64,000 nucleotides of DNA. It comes from Podarcis tiliguerta (lineage: Eukaryota). The notes beneath the pieces were generated by a model. That model saw only the letters and a list, made by a program, of their open reading frames with translations. It was not told the DNA's origin and made no database searches. This document shows, in pieces, positions 1 through 10,163 of this stretch. The first letter of the stretch is position 1; every line of letters starts with the position of its first letter. Both the position numbers and the translations under genes were made by a program. The stretch lies in the NCBI GenBank assembly GCA_965153285.1, contig OZ229110.1; one strand, 5' to 3'.

Positions 1-1531
1 GAGAGAGAAAGAGAGAGTGTATAAATATATATGAAAATCTGAATACTGATTGTGATTTTCTCTTGCTTCAGAACTGCATTTTAAATTACTCTACTTTGGG
101 ACATATTAATCTTGGCATGCCAAGCATTTTGCATATTTCATTCTGTATGCTCTCAATTTCTCCTTTATTAAAGGTTATAATTCTCATAGGGAGGGTGCCA
201 TAGCCAAAGGAATGAAAATAGTTTTAAATGCTCTTATGAATTAAACTAAAAATACATTCATTGCCACTATTGCATTGTCCACATAATTTGTGGGAAAGGG
301 CAAATCAGAAAATCATATTGGCCTATTAATGATTTAAGAGTTTGACATGAAAGTCAAGAAGTAAAGGAATTTTTTTGTCTTAACCCATGCCATTAAAACA
401 ACTATTTGTTTTGCTTTCTTCCATGGCATTCATAATAATTTTATAACACGTATTGCAATACATACAAGGACACAGCAAATTCTAACTTTGGCTGGGAAAT
501 TTGGCAGTGTGAAATGGAGCGGTAGAGCCACCACCATATTCGAAGCCCTGACACTAATGCTGACCAAGAAAGGAGGAGGGGGCACTATTTTAAATTTTTT
601 CACTGCACCAATTCCAGGCTGATGCAGCAAAGATGATTAGGGAGCTCTTTGAGAGCCAGAAACCAGCAGTTCCTTGAACGGTCCACCTCCACCCGACTGC
701 CACCTATTAGGGCCTAGAACTGCAGCATGAAATAGCCAACTGATTGATCTCTCTCAGCAAGACAAAGCTTAAACTAGGTGAACAGGATATGAATCCAAAC
801 CAGCACTTCAGCTTTTGAAAAATAGCTGGTTTCTAGGCAACACTGCAACTTCAAAGGAAAATCCTGAAAATATGATGTTGCATGTGCCATAACTGAACTT
901 TCCCAGATGAAATCATTATCCACAACGACAGGCACTCACAATCCACATCTGACAGACAGTATGAGAAAGAAGCCTGAACTATGGAAGACAAAGATCTACT
1001 CTGTTCAAGTTGGGAAATTGCTACTTGGAACATCTTGAACTGAAAGGTAAAGGAAATGAATTTTAGAGGCTCTTAAAAGGTACAGAAAATGGCACCATTC
1101 ACATTTATATACAGAGGGAAACAATAAGCAGTTGATTAAATGTTGAGCATCTTAAAATGCAAGGACACAAATATTTATGCAAAGATATTCTTCAGTAAGA
1201 ACCATTAGGATTTTACAAGGTATTTGACAGAATGTGATGACATCTGAAAGCAATGGTTAAATGTTTTAGTGGTCTTACGCAAATTAGTATCACATTAGGA
1301 CTCAAGCAAAACATTCCCATCACCTCTGTTTACCTCATTTAACAATTTTTTTTTTAAAAAAACCCTATATTTTATATTTGCAATTTTACTTAAGTATAAA
1401 TAAGTCAATGTTAATCAACATTATGGTTAAACACTTGAGAAACTTTAAGAATGTTTGATTCAGTTTATCCCCCAGCAAATTTCAATCGGAAACTTGATCC
1501 AACTTTTGAAAAAGATTTTCAGCTCACTTAC

Positions 1532-1720
1532 CCTCTTCAAAGCCATCCCGGAATGACCCCGAACGGCTCATTGTCCTGCTCTTTTCATCCAGTGACATTG
1601 AGCTGTTCCGGAACCGGGTGTCACTGTAAGGATCATAAGGGCCATCCGCATTAGAAAGACTGTGCGTCCGTAGCATGGTTGGGTTTGACAAGCTCATCTG
1701 GGCTGCTGTGGTGGGGCTTG
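1532..1720 (-). CDS. NAV2: NAV2 coding exon (189 nt, phase 1/1): (A)SPTTAAQMSLSNPTMLRTHSLSNADGPYDPYSDTRFRNSSMSLDEKSRTMSRSGSFRDGFEE
   Basis: gctttctag|CA AGC CCC ACC...GAA GAG G|gtaagt; lies within ORF 1524..1769. The next constitutive exon is outside the window (below position 1). Confidence 0.95.
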
Positions 1721-2387
1721 CTAGAAAGCAAGGCAGACACAGAAAGTTCAAAAATCTATGCACATGCAAGTACCAAAAGAAGCAACTCTACCACTACAAA
1801 AAGGTATCAGTCTCTGTCTACATCTAATTAACTGAAAAGCTATACAAAGCCTACAATGGTACAAAGTTGATTTCAACACATGACATTGAGCTCATTGAGC
1901 AATCTTCTAATCACAGACATTCATATTCCACACAGCCTTTCATGTTTCCTTCTCCCCTCATTCCCATGTCCCCTTGAATTTTGAAGTTAGCTTGGTTTGG
2001 GTTACTCCTACATCAGCATCAAGACTAATTATGATTTGTTAAAATATTGCTATAGCTCTAGCTTTGAGCAGTGATCAAGGCAGAGGGAAGGCAAGCAAAG
2101 GTCCCCAAGAACTCTGGGGTGCAGAGACAAGGATTGCAGACGCCTAGGCACAGGCCCCAACACAACTCCAGACCTCACCTGAGATGGGTCCTTCTGAGTC
2201 AAAACCCCTAGAACAACACTCCTGAGTCAGAACACCTTTAAAAGAACCACTACTGTCATCACTAAGGGCCTGTCTATCTTCAGTCTGCCACCTGGCAAAG
2301 AATATAATGCACCTGGGCATATATAACTGAGCAGCAAAAGAGTGTAAGGACGACGCTTGAAATATTTTTAGATAATAATGGCATACA

Positions 2388-2753
2388 GGGAGTGGGTGGC
2401 GCTGCGGTCTAAACCACTGAGCCTCTTGGGTCTGCTGATCAGAAGGTCAGCTGTTTGAATCTGTGCAACGGGGTTAGCTCCCATTGCTCTGTCCCAGTTC
2501 CTGCCAACCTAGCAGTTTGAAAGCATACCATTGCAAGTAGATAAATAGGTACCACTGTGGCGGGAAGGTAAACAGCATTTCTATGCGCTCTGGTTTCCGC
2601 CACAGTGTTCTGTTGTGCCAGAAACAGTTTAGTCATGCTAGCCACATGACCCAGAAAGCTGTCTGTGGACAAACGCCAACTCCCTCGGCCGGAAGCGAGA
2701 TGAGTGCCGCACTCCATAGTTGCGGGGGGGGGGGTCCCTTTACCTTTTACCTT
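2388..2753 (+). mobile_element. Sauria SINE (tRNA-derived head, ACCTTT tail)
   Basis: gggagtgggtggcgctgcggtctaaacc...agataaataggtacc...ccctttaccttttacc; degenerate TSD taatggcatac/taatgacatat; homologous to three other copies in the window. Confidence 0.9.
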
Positions 2754-5700
2754 ACTAATGACATATGTGGGTCTTGTTTGAGCAAGGTGTCTTGCTTGGA
2801 GCTGTCCATGGTACTGCTGTCCCTACACATTCTGACTGATTAATAGTTGCCATCCCTTTGACTTCCTAACACCATGTCCGTTTCCTACCACCCACTGAAA
2901 CCCTATTCTACCTACAGCTGCACACTCTGGCTTGGAGCTAATCCAGATCAGTGAAAATACTGGTGAAAGCATAATACTAATTATGGTTAGCTCCAAAAAC
3001 CTTAAAGAAGGGAATTTTACATGCAAGAGCAGGGCAGAGAAAAGAGTGCAAGTCCATGGGGCACTCAAGTACAGTTAGAAGACTGGATGGCATTATACCT
3101 ACACTGGTCTTCATTGGTAAGCTACATCAAACAAATGTCTCCTCATATGCATCAATTCTGTAATCATCAGTGGAGTAATTTTCTATCGGACAAAATCCAT
3201 CACCCAAAGTAACGAAAATGATGATTTGTACAGAGAATGAGTGCTGCTTGTTATTCATTCTCGTTCCAAGAGTTAAAGCTCCACTTCCCATTTCATACAG
3301 AGTTAGCATTAGCTTAGAATAAAATGGACTCAAGTTTTCCCATCATACTAGCAAAGCTGATGGGATGAGAGAAACAAAAAGCAATCCCTGCAAAAGGCAT
3401 GAATCCCAAGTTGTTCACTGCAGGTGTGGTCTGGCTTATTTCTTCTATCCTTTCAAGAAAGCACAAGTTCTAAGCAAGCAGTAAAAGCTGCAGGAACAGG
3501 CTATATAGGCTTGCATCTCTTACAACATATATTTTAATCAGATTTTATTGCAGTGTCTTGGCATTTTATTGTATGTCATTACTGTTGGTAGCTATGTTAG
3601 GCACTGGTTGATGGAAAGGTGGGGTACAAATTTAACAAAGAAATAAATTATATGGTAAATTTCTAATCTTAATCAAGAACTTTGACACTTTATTAACAGG
3701 ATTCCTTGAAATACACTTTTTTAAAAAGCTCCTTGAAGATGGAACTACATCAATGCAGAAATCAGTAAAATTACAAGGATAGGCCACAGGTTTCTGCAAG
3801 TCACAAAGCAATGCCCCACGGGTATATGCTTAGCTTTTTCATATACTATATAGTCATTCTTGTAAACTGGTGAATGTATTTAAATATAACAGTCAAACAA
3901 GAGCAAAGTACTCCAGGGTATGTTTTTAGGGAGATATCAAAAATGGAAATGTACAATATTTCATAATTAGTATCTGGAATTAAGACGGGTATATATGTAT
4001 GGAATTTTCCTTCTTGAGGTAAGGCATTTCCAGAACTGGGTTCCCAGGATGAAGACTGTGTTAATATAGCTGGAGCTCAGGCTATAGGCCAAGTGAGGTT
4101 TAAAGGACAGGAAGAGTATGGGGTTTGAGAATCCCAAATGCGAATGATATGGCTGTTAAGCCACACACTGATAGCTGAAGTTCCATACTGGTTTGTCAGA
4201 TAACACTTTTTATATTCAAGTTCATGAGTTTATTGTTCTAACCAAATGTCATGAGAAACTTATAGAAATAGTGCTAATACAATAATACAGAACATACATC
4301 CACAAAATAAGCCAACCTCCATGATGAAAGACAGGGAAGATATCATAGACACCAACAACCTCAAATCTAGCTTGATTTCAGATTATACCTCCAAATCTCC
4401 AAAACAACTTATAGCGATTTTTTCCTTTTTTCCTTTTTTCTTTTTACAGCCACTGCATAGAGGGTCATTCAAGATTACTTATTTGGAAAGAAACCTTCAG
4501 GTTTTGTTCTAAGATTAGCTATAATGCTCCATTTTATAATGTTTCACTTCTATCGTTACTTATTGTGGCAGATCATAAAAAATCTTAATAAACTGTTGAA
4601 TATTAAGTATCTATATATGCATTAAATAACCTCTATTTTTTATATAAGCAGCAATGCCACACACATCCATAGGGAAAAAATGCCTAATTTAACTACCCTT
4701 CCTACTTTTCTTCTCCTGGAATTTCCTGACAATTGGTTTTGTACTTCACTCTTTTTTTAGTGATTTACTTGGCAACCTTGGCAGCAAATTTTCTTAGCAT
4801 CTCAGTTATTTGGTCCCTGAACCAAATAACACTATTGTAACATGACTACACAAACAGGGCAGTAGTATCTTTTGCTAGCATTAGATGTCATCAGGCAAGA
4901 GCAATTAATGCCATATATGGAGTACCATCTCCTTGGTCATGGACCATGGATAAATTGCAATTAAGTGTGATTAGGACTGTTGTGTAGCAGAATCCTTTGC
5001 TCGCAGAAGAGAAGGGCACGAACTGAATATCACCCACAAGAGATGGCAGCTACTTCCCTTCCCAAGCTCTGAAGCAGGAATGGCCATTGCTATTCAGGCC
5101 CTTTCTGCCATGTTTAGCTAAAGTATAGTCTCTGTGTTTGAGATGATAGTGCTGCAGCGTCAACTTTTGCCTCTTGCCTTACTGACCACCATTGTGTGGC
5201 CCTCAGATGGCTGTCCAGAAGAAACTTTGGCCAGTGTTCCCCACCCCTTAATATACCCTTAAGGACATGACAAAAGTGCCTATTTTCCCCCTGGCACTCT
5301 CCTCTCAGAGATTGCTAGGCCAGTTACTGCTGGTCTTCCTAAGGCCTCCTTTGTGGCTACATCTGTCCTGAGTCTTAAAATTTTTGTGTTTGGCTTCTCC
5401 CATGCCTATCTCTCTGTACTTGCCTACAGACTCCCTAGCTTGACCTTCTTCCTCTGATTACGGTATACCTCATAATGTAGCCTGCCATATTGAAAGGCCT
5501 AGAGAGTTGCTAAGCCTTCCATTCTGGGCGATGAAATGATATATAAAACATTACAATGATGTGGAGGAGGGGAACGACTGAATTTAAATAAAATTATTTT
5601 TAGAAAATATTTGATTCCGAGTACTATCACCATACAGTTGTGCAGGCAGAGATCCCACTTTAGTTTGTGGTGAGGAAAATAATCAATGTGCCATCTGCTA

Positions 5701-5760
5701 CTTTGCAAAGGTAGGCACGCTAAACATGTTCCAGTTATGAAAAGCAAATAGTTCACTCAC

Positions 5761-5921
5761 CCAGTTGGGAGAAGTTAAATCTAGTTCCAGAAGGTGATGT
5801 GATGCTGGAACCAGAGGAAAATGGAGAACTGACAACTGTATCCTGAAGTCCTCCTGCAGAGTGCGAACGCAGCCATTCTTTTGCTTCTTCTTGACTGCGA
5901 AGTTGCGATGAAGGAGTATAC
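5761..5921 (-). CDS. NAV2: NAV2 coding exon (161 nt, phase 2/1): (R)YTPSSQLRSQEEAKEWLRSHSAGGLQDTVVSSPFSSGSSITSPSGTRFNFSQL(A)
   Basis: tttgcacag|G TAT ACT CCT...CAA CTG G|gtgagt; contains EWLRSHSAGGLQD. Confidence 0.95.
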
Positions 5922-6891
5922 CTGTGCAAACAAAATAAGCTTTAGCATTTGCTCAAAAAATGTTTCGTTTACCGAAAATCCATAAGCACATGGACAAGAA
6001 AACAGGCAGCGAGCCTGAATGAAGTCTCCTGCCTATCAGAGGCCTTTTCTTTTTTTTCTTTTCTACATTGGGTTGTGCCAGTAGAAGGAAGGAAGTTAAA
6101 TGGGGTGGGTGGGGGAGACTTTGGGAGTCTTAAAAATGGCTTTTCTTATATTCAAGCCATGTAAAAGATCAGAATTTCACTTCCGAGACAAAATGTTTTA
6201 ATTTCATTTTACAAATGTTGGCTGAGTATCCAATCTCATGTGAAATGCTACTTTTCAGCACAGGACAAACATGTTGTTGGAAAGGTGGGTGAAGGATCTG
6301 TAGAAAGAGGACATAGTGAAGCAAAATGAGATGCATATAAGCATCCATGAAAAGAAATAGTGTGAATTGAGAGGAAGCTTTCACATGGCTAGAGATTAAC
6401 AAAGCAATCGCTTCCTGGGGCCGCCCAGCCACAGGGATAATTGGAGTGGAGAAATCACAACTGCATCCAAAGCTTCAGACTGGTGTGGCAGAGGAAACCA
6501 CTCAAAGGAGCCCAGTTCCCTCTCAATGGGCTGGCTCAGGTCCCAGCAGATCTTTAGCCTGCCCTGGCTCTGCTTCACTTTGAAAGACCTCGTTGAAAGG
6601 CCGTGTGTTGGCTTCTGCTGATGGAAAGATTTCTGGCAGCAGCTCCCAAACTGCCAGCATTTCCTGTGGTGGCAAAGCCTCCTTGCTTACAAAACCTGGC
6701 AGAGCTGGTCAGAAGGACACCTTCACCTAAACATATACCCTATCAGGGGTGTAGATCTATCCCTAAAAAAAGCTACACCAAGCTTGTAAATAGGCACTTA
6801 AGGTGCACATAAAAGTACAAACTGTCTCCAGACATCTGGGCAAAGATGTTAGATCTTCCCTGCTTTTCAAGCTGCTGGTTAGAGTATAGGA

Positions 6892-7107
6892 CAGGGTTGC
6901 CATACATCCAGAATTTCCCAGACATAGCTAGAATACGGCAGTCGGAAGCAGTGTCTAGGCAGAAATCACTGAAATGTCTGGATGTATGGCAACCCATGTC
7001 AGAAGTCTAGATGGTGGCGAAGATTTTAAGATTTTGCAAAAAAAGAAAGCAAGCTCAACAACTTTTTTGGTGTCCGGATTTTCACTTTTTGAAATATGCC
7101 AACCCTA
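6892..7107. mobile_element. hAT (Blackjack-like termini) MITE, 216 bp
   Basis: cagggttgccatac...atatgccaacccta with perfect 8-bp TSD gtatagga (6884-6891, 7108-7115); extra internal TIR copy gtatggcaaccc near 6984-6995. Confidence 0.85.
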
Positions 7108-7371
7108 GTATAGGACCAGGAACGGAAAGACTAGATTAAAATTCCCATTTAATCATGAGTCAGTGGTGAGCCACAGTCATTATTGCTCAGCCTAGCTAAC
7201 CTCACATGATAGTTGTATAGGCAATGTGGGGCTTGAATGAGGGTGGCGGGGTAACACCCTCCCCATTCAGGGAGAATAGGATATAGAGCTAATAAATTTT
7301 AAAACACACAACAAAGGTCTACTGGTATTTGCAAGACTGGGATTACTGTTCATTACAAAACAAAAAGCAAC

Positions 7372-7373
7372 AA

Positions 7374-7404
<31 letters not shown>

Positions 7405-7405
7405 A
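7372..7405. repeat. (AAAT)n microsatellite
   Basis: About 8 units read directly. Confidence 0.95.
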
Positions 7406-8633
7406 TAGATAGGGAGGAACCCAGGTAAAGCCCATTTATATGCAAATATAAATTTTGTGCATGGCAGGTTCTGGATCACAGTGATCATCATCACATCCTC
7501 AGTTATTTTTTAGTCTTTGAAGTAAATGAGAATGCACAACTTTTAAGAGGGTACTGGCAACACCACTGTCTTCCTGCCATCAGCCTTGAATTTTGAGTAT
7601 TAGTTTCAGATACTGAAGATAAAAGTCATTCATGTGTATAGATCTTTCAGGGATTGGAGCCATAAACAAAAGTGTAAATACCTACCTCTTTGACATTCAA
7701 ATACTTTAAACTTAAAAGATGTCATTCATTATTTAGCTGGAGACATTTGACAGGCACAGAAAACAATTCAGACCGACCAATCTCTCCCCACCCTCACCCC
7801 ACAAATTAGCAAAATGCTTTTAGCACCTAGCTCAGTGTGACAATCAAAGCTGCTGCAAAGAACAATGTCTTTGTAGTGCAGAATAAATTGCAGCTCTAAT
7901 GTAAAGCCATCATTTCTGTTATCTAAAAAAGTATTTATAATACAGTCTGAAATTCAACTCTTTTTGCCAGATACTTTCCACTGAGTTAGTTCAGCGCTTT
8001 CATTTTGTTGTATTCAGGTTAATGAACCTAGTAAACCTAGTAAACATGTTTAAAGTCTACTTTCTTTACAAAAGAAACATATTCTTCTGTGTAATTTGTC
8101 TTAATGTCAAATCACATGTATTATATGTTTTGGAAGCAGACATTTATGGAGCACCTGATTGGTTTGATGCTTTTTTGTATTTAAAGTACTAGTACAGCTC
8201 CAACTGTTGTATTGTAAAATGTGCATTTTTAATGACCTCTAAATTCCTCTTGATCTGCATTTCAGAAGTTACACTGTGAGAATAACATCATCTAGTTACT
8301 ACTTTGGTCGTAAAAGCTGCAAATTATTGCTTGCAAATCAAGCTCAGTGATGGTTCGTGAGATGCGCTTTTCGAAGAGCCAGCCAGCTACTGTTGCAGTC
8401 CCTGCTCAAGCTGAGACGTTATCAGATGGAAAGAAGCATGTAGGGTAAAGGAAAGGGGGCAATGACCTGCTTCAAAGAGGCTGAGGGAGGAAGGAGGAAG
8501 AGATTGCAGCCAGGCACTGCAAAAGCTGAGACCACCACCACCACCAGCACTACTGACGGCCACAAGAGACACACAAAGCAAAGCTCCAAAAACCACATGG
8601 AAAACTGCTTATGCTATGTGGAAACACCAATAC

Positions 8634-8678
8634 CTGAGTCCTTTCTTAGGCAAAGTGTTCCTATCAAGATGAGGGTCG
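8634..8678 (-). CDS. NAV2: NAV2 microexon (45 nt, phase 2/2): (S)DPHLDRNTLPKKGL(R)
   Basis: cttttctacag|C GAC CCT CAT CTT GAT AGG AAC ACT TTG CCT AAG AAA GGA CTC AG|gtattg; matches the navigator-family peptide DPHLDRNTLPKKGLR. Confidence 0.92.
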
Positions 8679-8823
8679 CTGTAGAAAAGTTAAAAGAAAA
8701 GAACTTCAGAAGAAAAGAACGAAAGAGGAGGATTAAAGATCAGCTTGAAAGAGAGGAGAATTCACTATTAAAACAGCTGCACCATGGTACTGGAAAAGAT
8801 AACGAGAGCCCCTGCCAAGCCGA

Positions 8824-8890
8824 CATGCAAAAAACCTTCTTACCACGTGTGGGTTGTGTTATATACAGAACATGCACAAGGGACCATGCA
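8824..8890 (-). promoter_or_regulatory. Cluster of three UGCAUG (RBFOX-type) intronic splicing motifs
   Basis: Plus-strand CATGCA at 8824-8829, 8871-8876 and 8885-8890, i.e. 146-212 nt upstream of the 45-nt microexon acceptor. Confidence 0.6.
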
Positions 8891-10097
8891 AAATGAAGAC
8901 TTTGGACCCTCAAACCACTGAACTGCGTGTAAACAGCATTTTACTTTTATGTGACTTTTCATGGTCATCCGAAGATAGGGATCACACAGTGACCTTCCTG
9001 TTTCTCTTCCACAAATGTGGCTGGAAGAGGCTAGCTTTTAGTATGAAGTGTGTATGCCTCAGATGAATGCATTTAGGACACAGATGGCCACAATCTTTTT
9101 TTCTATCTCTATCTCTAACAAATGCACACCACTGAAAATGGCGACTAGGCAAATGACCAACCAACAGGGATCTGGGTTTCCACTTTCAGGAGACCAGGGT
9201 ACTACTGTGGTCCAGATCACATGTGATTGTTCCTGGCATCCTATACACAGTAGGAATGGCTACTGTTATAAATTCTCACAAGGGCCACCAATAGCAACAA
9301 ATACATTTGCTTTAAATAAGGTGTGACAGGTGTGTGTTGATAATGACATTAAAAAGCAGTTGCAACAAATGCTCTTAAAATATACTGCTTTAAACAAACT
9401 AATAATAATAATCTTGGATTCTCCAATCACAAGACTTTCAATCTAGCTTAAAAGGTTTCCCCACCTACTGAAATCTGAAATGGTACCCATGCAGAAGACA
9501 TAGAAGTGTTAGAATTAATTCTCTATCAGTTACTGGTGTCAGATGAACAAAGCACAGATGACAGCAACAGCACTTCTGACATATCTTGCTTCCTTGCATT
9601 CATTTTTACAAGGACACACACACACACCCCTACGATCCTCCCTCTCCCACCCCACAAGCTAAAATGGGTGAGCAACTTGTAACAGGAAATATATTTCAGC
9701 CACGCTGGAAGGGTGGGGGATAGAGGGATCAAGACAAAAAGGTGATACGGCCTGAAACGTGAGGGAAAGCAGCATGCCACCAGAATGCCGAAATGCTAGT
9801 GAGAGTTTACGCTGGCAGATAAAATTATTGAACTTTGAAGAGATTGTTCATTTTGTTCTTGGAAAAACTGCTACACTCCCCAGCTTTTCCACATGCCTCT
9901 CCCCAGAGTAAACTGGGACATAGCGCTGTAAAACGGTCTCTCACTGGCATGTCTTTTGAGTGACGGTTTACACATCCCAGTGAAACACACACACTCTTCA
10001 CTGAGCACAGTCTTGCACAATACACTTTTGGCTTCTCAAGTGTGAAAATGAACCTTCTCGGCTGTTTGTGCATTCTACTGCCCTGAGACAGCATTAC

Positions 10098-10163
10098 CTG
10101 TCCTGCCTCCTGGGTAAAGTATTTCTGCAGAATTTGGGACTAGCAGCAGGGGAAGAGAGAGGG
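10098..10163 (-). CDS. NAV2: NAV2 small exon (66 nt, phase 2/2): (S)PLSSPAASPKFCRNTLPRRQD(S)
   Basis: ttcttctag|C CCT CTC TCT TCC...CAG GAC AG|gtaatg; long upstream pyrimidine tract; matches the recalled NAV2 peptide SPLSSPAASPKFC. Confidence 0.92.

Noticed and set aside
2439-2717. Recurring peptide GHVASMTK...RTARLAGAGTEQRELTP (also 31103, 41210, 57008) looking like a gene family
   Set aside because: It is a translation of the antisense strand of non-coding Sauria SINE copies.
8462-8896. 144-aa plus-strand ORF antisense to the microexon
   Set aside because: K/E/R/T-rich low complexity; it is the purine-rich complement of the pyrimidine tracts, with no recognisable domain.
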